A stretch of 42,694 bases of DNA from Eledone cirrhosa (lineage: Eukaryota), in contig CAXHJY010000483.1 of the NCBI GenBank assembly GCA_964016885.1, forward strand, positions 1 through 42,694, read 5' to 3'. A model generated the notes under the pieces. The model saw nothing but the letters and a program-made list of their open reading frames with translations. It was not told the origin of the DNA and made no database searches. Numbering within the stretch: the stretch's first letter is position 1; each line of letters starts with the position of its first letter. Position numbers and translations under genes: made by a program. Shown piece by piece: positions 25,498 through 37,439 of this stretch.

Positions 25498-26185
25498 TCC
25501 CACCATGGGACAATGTGTGTGTATGTACGTGTGTGTGTGTGTGTGTGTATGTATGTGTGTGTGTGTGTGTGTGTCTGTTGATTTTGTAATTGTCCCACCA
25601 TGGGACAATGTATATATGTATGTATATATATATAAATATATATATATATGTGTGTATGTATGTATGTGTGTGTGTGTGTCTGTCGATTTTGTAATTGTCC
25701 CACCATGGGACAATGTATATATGTATGTATATATATATAAATATATATATATATGTGTGTATGTATGTATGTGTGTGTGTGTGTGTGTCTGTTGATTTTG
25801 TAATTGTCCCACCATGGGACAATGTATATATGTATGTATATATATATAAATATATATATATATGTGTGTATGTATGTATGTGTGTGTGTGTGTGTGTGTG
25901 TCTGTCGATTTTGTAATTGTCCCACCATGGGACAATGTATATATGTATGTATATATATATAAATATATATATATATGTGTGTATGTATGTATGTGTGTGT
26001 GTGTGTGTGTCTGTTGATTTTGTAATTGTCCCACCATGGGACAATGTATATATGTATGTATATATATATAAATATATATATATGTGTGTATGTATGTATG
26101 TGTGTGTGTGTGTGTGTGTGTCTGTTGATTTTGTAATTGTCCCACCATGGGACAATGTATATATGTATATATATATAAATATATA
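25498..26185. repeat. Composite tandem repeat of about 105-115 bp: hairpin core plus microsatellite
   Basis: ATTGTCCCA-CCA-TGGGACAAT core six times plus one partial, separated by TA/TG tracts. Confidence 0.95.
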
Positions 26186-26229
26186 TACAATATTAAATAA
26201 ATGGAAAACTATATTTATAAAACCATATT

Positions 26230-26295
26230 TATTTCATTATATATATTTCGGGGATATCATATTAACAATATGCTATGCCTTCATCAGACAAAATA
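26230..26295 (-). ncRNA. Type I hammerhead ribozyme with palindromic stem III
   Basis: Reverse complement: TATTTTGT-CTGATGA-aGGcATAgCATATT gtt AATATGaTATcCCc-GAAA-TATATA-TA-ATGAAATA. Confidence 0.7.
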
Positions 26296-26653
26296 CAATA
26301 TAAACAGTTTTATAGATAAATATATTCGACATACCGTAATAAACATCAACTTCATTTGAAGAGGTTTACTCTAGCAGTGAAAATACAGAGAGAGAGAAAG
26401 AGAGAAAGAAAAGAGGGAAAAAAGAAAGAAAGAAAGACAAAACGAAGAAGAGGAAGAAAAAGAAGAAAAAGAAAAAGAAGAAATGCATGGGACAAAATAG
26501 AGAGATGGAAAAATAGATAAAGCGAAGAGCTTCATGTAAAGAGACAGAAAGAGATATATATATATAGAGAGAGGAAATAGAGATAGATACATATATATAT
26601 ATAGAAAATTAGGTAGTGGGAGGTCATTTTGAGTAAGTGTATCAATGATACAT

Positions 26654-26688
<35 letters not shown>

Positions 26689-27247
26689 GCTCAAGTATTA
26701 ATATTGTTTATATTATAACCCAACAATTTTAAATATAACTTTACATGTATAAATATATATATATATATGTGTGTATGTATGTATGTATGTATGTATGTAT
26801 GTATGTTCTTCTGGTTTTATAATTTCACAAAGTTTTACCAATAGAGAGAGAGAGTCGGTTTCTAACATAGACACAAGACTCTCTCATTGGAATTTACACA
26901 ACATCAACTAGGTAGATATGTATGTATGCATGTGTAGATATGGATGTTATTGTATGTGTGGATGTGGATGTTTTGAGTTGTATGTGTGCATTTGCATACG
27001 CTTTGTATCTGTACATGTGTATATGCAGTTATTAGATGCAGCATTTTTGGAATGTTTTACATATTTTTACTGTTCCATTAATGGATTGTACTTGTAATTT
27101 CCTAACTAGTTGTGTTCTTTCTGTTCCTGTGAAGCCTAGCTTCTCAAGATTTCTATTGAGGCAGTTACTAACATGCGTGTGTGTATATATGTGTGTAGGT
27201 ATGTATATGTATGTATGTATATATATATATATACATATGTATGAGTA

Positions 27248-27300
<53 letters not shown>

Positions 27301-27466
27301 GTGTGTGTGTATATATATATGTATGTATATATATATATGTATATTTGTATGTAGGTCTATTATATGTGTGTGTATGTATATATACATATGTATGAGTATG
27401 TATGTGTGTATGTATATATATATATGTGTATGTATGTATATATATATATATATTTGTGTGTATATG

Positions 27467-27544
<78 letters not shown>

Positions 27545-27585
27545 GTGTGTATATGTATGTATATATGTGTGTATATGTATGTATG

Positions 27586-27640
<55 letters not shown>

Positions 27641-27705
27641 ATGTATATATGTATGTATGTATATGTATGTATATATATATATATATGTATGTACGTGTAT
27701 GTATG

Positions 27706-27740
<35 letters not shown>

Positions 27741-28510
27741 GTAGATGTATGTATGTATATGTGTGTATATATATATATATATAGTCATGCCCTGGTGGCA
27801 AATAAATAGAAAGTTATATATATATAGTCATGTTTCTATAGTACACAATGATAATGTTTTGTCTCATATATTCTACACTACATTCAACGGCAGTTATTTA
27901 TACACACACACATATAATAGACACACACACACACATATATATATATACACATATACACACACATATAATAGACATACATATATATATACATACACACACT
28001 TACATATAATAGACCCATATATATATATACATACATATATATATATACTAGACCTACTTATGTAAACACATACTGTGACTGTGTAAAAAATCGAACTAAT
28101 TTAAATTCAGTATTTATATATATGAGAGAGAGAGAGGGGGGGGGGGGGTTGTCAGGTGCTCTCTCTTAGTTGCTAAGATAGTGGTGAACAAATCTCTCAA
28201 TTCAGAGAAGTAGCAGCTCTACTTGGAGAAACTCTCTGATCTCTGAGCTACAAATCTGTCCAGTGATTCTTTCCTGAGACATTCTAACCACATGTCCATA
28301 ATATCAGAGCTGTGATCTCTCAATTCAGAGAAATAGCAGCTCTACCTGGAGTGACCTTCTGGTCTCCAAGCTACACACCCTATCAAGTAACATTACTCCA
28401 AAAACCCTTAGGAGAAACCCAGACCCTTCATTTTACTTTTTTTTTCATTAATACTATTTCATCTTTCCCCTCTCTCTCTTCCTCCCTTTCTTCCTAGGTT
28501 TTTACCTAAT

Positions 28511-30112
28511 ATGGTAATGGCTAATTATTCAACCAGCAACAACAACAATAACAATAATAAGTACAAACCAAGTGATGTGAATTACAAACAAGAGGACAAT
28601 ACTCTTCCTCCAATTAATGGGAAGACATTCGAGGTTTCTAACCATCGACTGGCCATGGCTGAAGAAGAGGCTACCATTCTTTCCCGCTACCTCACAACCA
28701 TGATCTCGGGCAACGCTGACATGGACAACAACAACACGAGTGTCTCTGACATGACCTCGGTCCTTCAAGACTATGACATCCAAGATCTTGATTACACGAG
28801 CAGTTCGGATCTGTCATCATGCTCCACCAAAACCAAACAGTTTTCACGCTACAATGAAGAGAATCTAGAGCTGTCTGCACGCCTTAACAAAGCCGAACAG
28901 ACAGTGAACACTTTAAAGGAGGCCTTGAACTTTCTTCAGGGTGGAGACAGTGAAGATGCTAAATTTAATGAAGTGTTAAATGAAGCCCGAAAATCCCAGG
29001 AATTTGCCAGGGTCAATGAAGGGTTAAATGAACCCCAGAACTTTGTCAGAATGAATGAGGAGTCACAAGAATTTATCAGAATAAAGGAAGCATTAAATGA
29101 TCCCAGGAAATTCCAAGATGTTGTTAGGTTCAACGAAGTGTTAAATCGATCCCAGAAATTACAGAAATCTGTGAGGGTCAATGAAGTACTGAAAGGGCCC
29201 CAAAAGCTACAGGATGCTGTTAGGATCAACAACGAAGCACTGAATGGGCCCCAGACATTGCAGGATTCTGTTAGGCTCAATGAAGCATTGAATGAGTCTA
29301 AAATGTTTCAGGATGCAGTTAGGGCCAACAACGAAGCACTGAATGGACCCCAGAAGTTACAGGATGCTGTTAGGGTCAACGACGAAGCCCTGAATGGACC
29401 CCAGAGGTTACAGGATGCAGTTAGGGTCAACAATGAGGCCCTGAATGGACCCCAGATGTTACATGACACAATTAGGGTCAACAACGAGGCCCTGAATGGA
29501 CCCCAGATGTTACATGACGCAGTTAGGGTCAACAACGAAGCCCTGAATGGACCCCAGATGTTACATGACGCAGTTAGGGTCAACAACGAAGCCCTGAATG
29601 AACCCCTGATGTTACATGACGCAGTTAGGGTCAACCATGAAGCTCTGAATGGACCCCAAAAGTTACACAATGCTATTTGGGTCAACAACGAGGCCATGAA
29701 TGGACCCCAGAGGTTACACAATGCTGTTAGGGTCAATGAGGCCCTGGATGAACCCCAGAGCTTACAGGATGCAGTTAGGGTCAACAACGAGGCCTTGAAT
29801 GGACCCCAGAGGTTACAGGATGAAGTTAGGGTCAACAACGAGGCCCTGAATGGACTCCAGAGGTTACACAATGCTGTTAGGGTCAACGAGGCCCTGGATG
29901 GACCCCAGAGGTTACAGGATGCAGTTAGGGTCAACAATGAGGCCCTTAATGGACCCCAGAGGTTACAGGGTGCTGTCAGTATTGGTCAGCTTCAGCATGA
30001 TGAATTGATCTGTCTCCGACAAGAACTAAAACTAGAACGGGAGGCCAAGACCAGGGCACAAGACGAAATAAGGATTCTCAGAGAGTCTTTATGCAAGACA
30101 TTCCAATTGCAG
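28511..30112 (+). CDS. CCDC150: Coiled-coil domain protein, CCDC150-like; first visible coding exon, with internal tandem repeat block
   Basis: Polypyrimidine tract and TAG acceptor at 28497; ATG at 28511; 534 open codons to a CAG|GTAATT donor (phase 0). Segments TFEVSNHRLAMAEEEATIL, ELSARLNKAEQTVNTLKEALNFLQ and LRQELKLEREAKTRAQDEIRILRESL match, in order, my recollection of vertebrate CCDC150 (TFTVLQQRMRIVEEQ, LVNRMCRLESLMQSLK, LRQQL..KAQDEVQRL). The symbol is from memory, not a search. An upstream exon is likely. Confidence 0.75.
28961..29977 (+). repeat. Coding minisatellite, 48/51-bp unit (RVNNEALNGPQxLxDAV), about 21 units
   Basis: Unit GTTAGGGTCAACAACGAAGCCCTGAATGGACCCCAGATGTTACATGACGCA; all length variants preserve the frame; no stops. 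Confidence 0.95.
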
Positions 30113-30156
30113 GTAATTGTACTTTCTATGTTCTATATCTTGGCACTTCCACCTTT

Positions 30157-30767
30157 CCATCTGTCTGTCAAACCATCTGTCTATTGGTCGGTCCATCAAT
30201 CTGATTGTCTATTTGTATATTCGTCCATCTGTCTGTCTGTCAGTTGGTCCATCTGTCTGTCTGTGTGTCAGTTGGTCCATCTGTCTGTCTGTCAGTTGGT
30301 TCATCTGTCCATCTGTCTGTCTGTCTGTCTGTGTGTCAGTTGGTCCATCTGTCTGTCAGTTAGTCCATCTGTCTCTCTATCTGTCAGTCAGTCCATCTGT
30401 CTGTCAGTCAGTTGGTCCATCTGTCTGTCAGTTGGTCCATCTGTCTGTCTATCTGTCAGTCAGTCCATCTGTCTGTCAGTCAGTTGGTCCATCTGTCTGT
30501 CTGTCTGTCTGTCTATCAGTTGGTCCATCTGTCTGTCAGTTAGTCCATCTGTCTGTCTATCTGTCAGTCAGTCCATCTGTCTGTCAGTCAGTTGGTCCAT
30601 CTGTCTGTCAGTTAGTCCATCTGTCTGTCTATCTGTCAGTCAGTCCATCTGTCTGTCAGTCAGTTGGTCCATCTGTCTGTCAGTTAGTCCATCTGTCTGT
30701 CTATCTGTCAGTCAGTCCATCTGTCTGTCTGTCAGTTAGTCCATCTGTCTGTCAGTCAGTTGGTCCA

Positions 30768-30801
<34 letters not shown>

Positions 30802-32490
30802 AGTTGGTCCATCTGTCTGTCAGTTAGTCCATCTGTCTGTCTATCTGTCAGTCAGTCCATCTGTCTGTCAGTCAGTTGGTCCATCTGTCTGTCAGTTGGT
30901 CCATCTGTCTGTCTATCTGTCAGTCAGTCCATCTGTCTGTCTGTATGTCTGTCTGTCTGTCTATCAGTTGGTCCATCTGTCTGTCAGTTAGTCCATCTGT
31001 CTGTCTATCTGTCAGTCAGTCCATCTGTCTGTCAGTCAGTTGGTCCATCTGTCTGTCTATCTGTCTGTCTATCAGTTGGTCCATCTGTCTGTCAGTTAGT
31101 CCATCTGTCTGTCTATCTGTCAGTCAGTCCATCTGTCTGTCAGTCAGTTGGTCCATCTGTCTGTCAGTTAGTCCATCTGTCTGTCAGTTAGTCCATCTGT
31201 CTCTCTATCTGTCAGTCAGTCCATCTGTCTGTCAGTCAGTTGGTCCATCTGTCTGTCAGTTGGTCCATCTGTCTGTCAGTTAGTCCATCTGTCTGTCAGT
31301 TAGTCCATCTGTCTGTCTATCTGTCAGTCAGTCCATCTGTCTGTCTGTCAGTTGGTCCATCTGTCTGTCAGTTAGTCCATCTGTCTGTCAGTTAGTCCAT
31401 CTGTCTGTCTATCTGTCAGTCAGTCCATCTGTCTGTCAGTCAGTTGGTCCATCTGTCTGTCAGTTGGTCCATCTGTCTGTCAGTTAGTCCATCTGTCTGT
31501 CTATCTGTCAGTCAGTCCATCTGTCTGTCAGTCAGTTGGTCCATCTGTCTGTCAGTTGGTCCATCTGTCTGTCAGTTAGTCCATCTGTCTGTCTATCTGT
31601 CAGTCAGTCCATCTGTCTGTCAGTCAGTTGGTCCATCTGTCTGTCAGTTAGTCCATCTGTCTGTCTATCTGTCAGTCAGTCCATCTGTCTGTCAGTCAGT
31701 TGGTCCATCTGTCTGTCTGTATGTCTGTCAGTCAGTTGGTCCATCTGTCTGTCTGTATGTCTGTCTGTCTGTCTGTCAGTCAGTTGGTCCATCTGTCTGT
31801 CTATCTGTCAGTCAGTCCATCTGTCTGTCAGTCAGTTGGTCCATCTCTCTGTCTGTATGTCTGTCTGTCTGTCAGTCAGTTGGTCCATCTGTCTGTCTGT
31901 ATGTCTGTCTGTCTGTCTATCAGTTGGTCCATCTGTCTGTCAGTTGGTCCATCTGTCTGTCTATCTGTCAGTCAGTCCATCTGTCTGTCAGTCAGTTGGT
32001 CCATCTGTCTGTCTGTATGTCTGTCTGTCTGTCTATCAGTTGGTCCATCTGTCTGTCTATCTGTCAGTCAGTCCATCTGTCTGTCAGTCAGTTGGTCCAT
32101 CTGTCTGTCTGTATGTCTGTCTGTCTGTCAGTCAGTTGGTCCATCTGTCTGTCAGTTGGTCCATCTGTCTGTCTATCTGTCAGTCAGTCCATCTGTCTGT
32201 CAGTCAGTTGGTCCATCTGTCTGTCAGTTAGTCCATCTGTCTGTCTATCTGTCAGTCAGTCCATCTGTCTGTCAGTCAGTTGGTCCATCTGTCTGTCAGT
32301 TAGTCCATCTGTCTGTCTATCTGTCAGTCAGTCCATCTGTCTGTCAGTCAGTTGGTCCATCTGTCTGTCAGTTAGTCCATCTATCTGTCTATGTGTCAGT
32401 CAGTCCATCTGTCTGTCAGTCAGTTGGTCCATCTGTCCATCTGTCTGTGTGTCAGTTGGTCCATCTGTCTATCTATCTATCTATCTATCT
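30157..32490. repeat. Complex TCTG/TCAG/TCCA tetranucleotide satellite filling an intron
   Basis: CCATCTGTCTGTCAGTCAGTTGGT variants span almost the whole intron 30113-32497. Confidence 0.97.
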
Positions 32491-32497
32491 ATACCAG

Positions 32498-32683
32498 GTC
32501 GACACCAACGACAAAGCCACCACATTGGAGGCAGAGAAGGAGAATTTGGCGGAGAATCTGTCAAAGATAGAGAAGGAACTGATTGAGGAACGGAACACTC
32601 ATCAAAACCTGGAACACTCCCATATTTCATTGTTGACCAAGATCGGACAGTTAAAGACATTGGTTGACTCTGAGCAGGAGGGG
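32498..32683 (+). CDS. CCDC150: CCDC150-like, second visible exon (VDTNDKATTLEAEK...LVDSEQEG)
   Basis: CAG acceptor at 32495-32497; 186 bp, phase 0 to 0, in frame with the previous exon; GGG|GTGAGT donor; heptad-rich; EERNTHQNLEHSHISLLTKIGQL resembles recalled CCDC150 [23 protein letters not shown]. Confidence 0.8.
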
Positions 32684-32759
32684 GTGAGTGTTGGATCTAA
32701 TGTTCACACACACACATATCCCTTCCATATACTGTACCGTGTTGTTATTTCTGTTTACC

Positions 32760-32813
<54 letters not shown>

Positions 32814-32884
32814 CCCTTCCATATACTGTACCAATTGTGTTGTTATTTCTGTTTACCTTTTACATACATATATATATATATGTC

Positions 32885-33135
32885 GTGTAGGTGTCACAAC
32901 AAAAAAAACACACAGTCCACGCTGTAATGTGGCCGTGTAGGTAACACGGTAAAAACCTCCCAGACCCACACTGTAAACGTGATTGGTGTTAGGAAGGGCA
33001 TCCAGCCGTAGAAAACCTGCCAGACAGTCCTATACGAGCGAGACATGGTCACCCGACCAATCTTGCCTCCAGTAGGACAATTCCCGTCTAAACCCATGCT
33101 AGCGTGGAAGATAGATGTTAAACGATGATGATGAT
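32885..33135 (+). mobile_element. Short (GAT)n-tailed retroposon, probably RTE-mobilised (copies at 36643-36891 +, 35471-35620 -, 10330-10470 -, 10975-11076 +)
   Basis: Shared TTAGGAAGGGCATCCAGCC...CCCATGCTAGCGTGGAA..GACGTTAAACGATGATGAT; the tail resembles that of the RTE at 36181. Confidence 0.8.
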
Positions 33136-33171
33136 ACTGTACCGATTGCGTTGTTATTTCTGTTTACCTTT

Positions 33172-33231
<60 letters not shown>

Positions 33232-33505
33232 CATTCATTTCATTTATTGATTTATTGATAATTTATCTGAGTGTCCTGAATCTTCCATATCGAAATTTTT
33301 CGGTTATTTGGTTGATTGTAGACATATTCTACATGTGACGGTATTTTAACGATAGTTATAGCTCTGATTTATTTGAATTATGGAGCCCTCTGCCGCTCAT
33401 CTCGAATTTTGTTTATCGTGAACTCGTGCGCCGATTTTTCGATACTCGATCTCGAATTTTGTTTATCGTGAACTCGTGCGCCGATTTTTCGATACTCGAT
33501 CATTC

Positions 33506-33540
<35 letters not shown>

Positions 33541-33566
33541 TAGAAGTGAAAGATCACTAATTTTTC

Positions 33567-33648
33567 AACAACTACTGAGGAGCAGAGAAACGTGAAAACT
33601 TCACTTAATAAGTCGTTGCGAAACAGTCTCCAACACTGTCTAGTTGTT
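33567..33648 (+). ncRNA. Type I hammerhead ribozyme, canonical GUC site, intronic sense strand
   Basis: AACAACTA-CTGAGGA-GCAG...TTGC-GAAA-CAGT ctccaac ACTG-TC-TAGTTGTT: 8-bp stem I, G-C closing stem II, 5-bp stem III. Cleavage predicted after C33640. Confidence 0.88.
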
Positions 33649-33922
33649 ACCAGGCATTTTTGCCCAATATAGGTCTGTTATTTTTTTTTATTTTTCTTAA
33701 TTTAATATTTAAAGTTAAGGATAACAAACTATATTGCTGTAGTTAGTATTTTCACCCTAGCAAATTTTGGTCCTTACGATTCGAACACATGTATGTTTTT
33801 ATATTAGAGTTCATCTCTCTTGTTTATTCAATTATATTGTACGCCTCGGAAAAGCTTTTTTCTTAGAGCTATTTAATTGTAAGAGACTACTCTGAGTTCT
33901 TAACTCAATATATATATATATA

Positions 33923-34315
33923 TATATTAATAAGAGGAATTCCAACTTTGTCTGATTTACTCGTTTTATTTACAATCCTTTAAAATATATAATGGTATTA
34001 TAATGAAATAGTATGATAGAATATTAAATTCTAAGTGTTAATTGAACAAGTACTTTCATGCTTTCGCAATCTTCAGGTTCATAATATGTGGTGACAGTCA
34101 AGTTTGCAATTTTCAACACAGTTGAAAATTGCAAACTTGACTGTCACCACATATTATGAACCTGAAGATTGCGAAAGCATGAAAGTACTTGTTCAATTAA
34201 CACTTAGAATTTAATATTCTATCATACTATTTCATTATAATACCATTATATATTTTAAAGGATTGTAAATAAAACGAGTAAATCAGACAAAGTTGGAATT
34301 CCTCTTATTAATATA
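33923..34315. mobile_element. Palindromic PLE-end element (about 195-bp arms, 3-nt spacer) with two outward-facing hammerheads
   Basis: Arms appear to be exact reverse complements about ACA at 34118-34120; microsatellite flanks. Confidence 0.9.
34157..34195 (+). ncRNA. Minimal hammerhead (mirror copy at 34043-34081, - strand)
   Basis: TGAAC-CTGAAGA-tTGC gaaa GCAt-GAAA-GTAC-TT-GTTCA; the palindromic stem III is typical of dimer-acting PLE hammerheads. Confidence 0.8.
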
Positions 34316-34365
34316 ATCTTCTATACACAATCATACACACCCGTGTATATTTACCTATCTATATC

Positions 34366-34405
<40 letters not shown>

Positions 34406-34527
34406 ACAAAGGAATTGTGGTAAGGAACCAGATGGACCATAACGCACCAGAGTACTCAATACTTAGGGTAGTAGAGTGGGAAATAGGAAAAGGTATGACC
34501 CCGTCGGGGTCATACCTTTCCCTATAA

Positions 34528-34564
<37 letters not shown>

Positions 34565-34565
<1 letters not shown>

Positions 34566-34945
34566 ACGCTTATGTGTACCTCTCAAAATTCGTTGGATTT
34601 TCTAATTGGATTTTCACCCTGAAACTGGATACCAACCCGGAGTACTCCTGAACTTCCACCAGGAAATCTTTTGTATCATTGAAATTTTCTTTGCTTCTTG
34701 CATTTAAATATTCCACGACTCTCTACCACTTTTCCTCTACTACAATCTTCTTACACCTCCTTCTTCTTCTCACCCATCTATTTTCCCCTCCCACCCTAGT
34801 ACCTTCAATATGCCCAATCTCAAACATTTTCTATTCCAACCCGCCCGTCCCTTCAATCTATCTTATTTCTCATTCTTTCTTCTGATGAAGGACTAGCGTC
34901 CAAAACGTTAAGACCCTCTTCCTGCTATATCAAGCATTAACCTAA
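34565..34945 (+). mobile_element. PLE 3' remnant with degenerate hammerhead at 34877-34913
   Basis: A NWIFTLK stretch resembles the WIxxLxT..P.GLN end of PLE endonucleases; a pyrimidine-rich UTR follows; then TCTT-CTGATGA-aGGAC tagc GTCC-AAAA-CG-TT-AAGA, in which GAAA has become AAAA. Confidence 0.55.
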
Positions 34946-35109
34946 TATATTCCTTCCATATACTGTACTGATTGTGTTGTTATTTCTGTTTAGCTTTTAC
35001 ATACATATATATAAGATATATATATATATATATATATATATGTTAGGTAATTCCGAAGGAAAAGCAAAGGAAAAAGAGTGCTCTATGTATAGAACAGAGC
35101 TATTTAATT

Positions 35110-35336
35110 AGAAAGTGAACAACAAAAAATATAACTACTCCATTACCAAAGGTTTCTGGATCCCAGACAATAATAATATACGTCTGGATCGGTCATCAGA
35201 CAGGGATGTTATGAATAAAAAATATTTTTATCCATAACATCCCTGTCTGATGACAGATCCTGACGTATATTATTATTGTCTGAGATCCAGAAACCTTTGG
35301 TAATGGAGTAGTTATATATTTTGTTGTTCACTTTCT
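35110..35336. mobile_element. Palindromic PLE-end element (about 110-bp arms) with hammerhead motifs at 35140-35203 (-) and 35243-35306 (+)
   Basis: Inverted arms with a few mismatches; CTGT-CTGATGA-long stem II-GAAA-CC ttt GG-TA-ATGG. The left arm extends about 70 bp further to (TA)n. Confidence 0.8.
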
Positions 35337-35577
35337 GAAAAAAAAAAAATTTATATATACACACTCATATGAACATGTATACATCCACACATATATACAA
35401 ACACACACACATATATATAGAGATATGCATAGACACATACACACAGACACACACACATATATGTATATATATCATCATTATCGTTTAATGTTCATCTGCC
35501 ACACTAGCATGGGTTGGACAGGATTATCCCACGTCTGGCTGGTTTTCTACAGCTGGATGTCCTTCATAACACCAACC

Positions 35578-36022
35578 ACATTTACAGTGTGGACTGGGAG
35601 CCTTTTTACCATGTCACCTGCATGATCACTTTACAGTGTGGCTTGGGTGCTTTTTGCTGAGACACCTACACGACCACTTTACAGTGTGGACTAGGTGCTT
35701 TTTGTTGTGACACCTACACGACCACTTTACAGTGTGGACTGGGTGCTTTTTGTTGTGACACCTACACGACCATTTTACAGTGTGGACTGGGTGCTTTTTG
35801 TTGTGACACCTACACGACCATTTTACAGTGTGGACTAGGTGCTTTTTGTTGTGACACCTACACGATCACTTTACAGTGTGGCCTGGGTGCTTTTTGTTGT
35901 GACACCTACATGACCACTTTACAGAGTGGCCTGGGTGCTTTTTGTTGTGACACCTACACCACCACTTTACAGTGTGGACTGGGTGCTTTTTGTTGTGACA
36001 CCTACACCACCACTTTACAGTG
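35578..36022. repeat. 48-bp minisatellite, about 9 copies, derived from the retroposon 5' part
   Basis: TTTACAGTGTGGACTGGGTGCTTTTTGTTGTGACACCTACACGACCAC, the reverse complement of the motif at 32885-32975. Confidence 0.93.
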
Positions 36023-36180
36023 TAGATGTTCTGTGGTTCCAACATAACTTTACACACATATATACATACCCACATACACACACAAGTGCACTAGAAAGGT
36101 TGTTATATTTGACACAACTAAAGAGTCCTCTCAACACTTTGTTTGACAAGATTTCTACAGCTGGACGCCCTTCCTATCAT

Positions 36181-36600
36181 CCATCATCATCATCATTTTA
36201 CGTCCGCTTTTCACTGCTTGCAAGGGTGGGACGGGTCTTCTTCGGCACAGCATCTCACCACTCATTACGGTCCTTCGTCATCTCCTCCGTGAGCTTCAGC
36301 GATCTAAGGTCAGCTCTCACCACCTCCGCCCATGTTTTTCGTGGTCTTCCTCTACTACGTCTTCCTTCTACTGGGATTTCTTGGCACTTCTTTACCCAGC
36401 ATTCATCCTCAATGCACATTACATGTCCATATCATCTCAGTCTTCTCTCCCTCATACCACAACTTATCCATCTTAAACACAGTTTCTCTCTCAACTCATC
36501 TATGCTTGGTCGTTCACGCACATTGATATTGCACATCCAATGGAGCATGCTTGCTTCATTTCTCTCCAGCCGTCACATAGCCTCTGTAGTTGCTGCCCAT
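36181..36600 (-). mobile_element. RTE-clade LINE 3' fragment, second family
   Basis: Reverse translation: RLERNEASMLHWMC...RERRLR*YGHV...VEGRRSRGRPRKTWAEVVRADL...DRNEW; (GAT)n tail. Confidence 0.88.
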
Positions 36601-36962
36601 ATTTATAAAATACATCAACATCCAGTCCAAACTAATGAGGTTGTGTAGGTGTCACGACAAAAAAAACTTACAGTCCACGCTGTAATGTGGCCGTGTAGGT
36701 AACACAGTAAAAAGCTGCCAGTCCACACTGTAAATGTGGTTGGTGTTAAGAAGGGCATCCAGCCATGGAAAACCTGCCAGTTAGTCCTATACGAGCGAGA
36801 CATGGTCACCCAACCAATCTTGCTTCAAGTGGGACAATTCCCGTCTAACCCATGCTAGCGTGGAAGATAGACGTTAAACGATGATGATGATTTGCTATTT
36901 CAGTTGTTTATGATATAAGTTATAAGGAGGTTAACTGGTTTGTTTGTCTGTTCAATCCCCAG

Positions 36963-37086
36963 TTGAAAGATTTAAGTGCAGCCCACAAAAAACAACAGCT
37001 AGTTATTGCCAAATGGCGAAACAAACTGAAGGATGAACGCAAACTAAGAATTAAAATAGAGAGAAACTACCAACAACTTCTCAAAG
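36963..37086 (+). CDS. CCDC150: CCDC150-like, third visible exon (LKDLSAAHKKQQ...NYQQLLK)
   Basis: CCCCAG acceptor ending at 36962; phase 0 start is compatible with the previous exon; coiled-coil sequence; AAG|GTGAGG donor. The gene probably continues beyond the window. Confidence 0.75.
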
Positions 37087-37163
37087 GTGAGGTCTATTGT
37101 TCCTTTGTTGCTTTACTGCAGGGTTCAGTCATTAGACTGTGGCCATGTAAATATATATATATA

Positions 37164-37203
<40 letters not shown>

Positions 37204-37439
37204 AATATATATATATAAATATATATATATAAATATATATATATAAATATATATATATAAATATATATATATAAATATATATATATAAATATATATATAT
37301 AAATATATATAAATATATATATATAAATATATACATATATATATATAAAGTATACTAGGGAGAGGATCAGGGGTGTATAACACTCCACTTATCCAGCAGG
37401 CAGTATAAGGTTAGCTCGATGTCTGAGGACAGAGCCGTG

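Noticed and set aside
25498-26185. CRISPR-like array of palindromic repeats
   Set aside because: Spacers are near-identical microsatellite, there are no cas genes, and the context is eukaryotic.
28160-28182. RFX X-box-like GTTGCTAAGATAG upstream of the exon
   Set aside because: Only a half-site match, and the transcription start is unknown.
29221-29930. Recurrent GTTAGGG as telomeric repeats
   Set aside because: These are the Val-Arg codons of the 51-bp coding unit.
28936-29937. Antisense ORFs over the coding repeat
   Set aside because: Shadow frames of the repetitive sense exon.
30113-32497. SVSWSICL-type ORFs and the last 208 aa of the 742-aa ORF
   Set aside because: Read-through into intronic satellite beyond a good GT donor at 30113.
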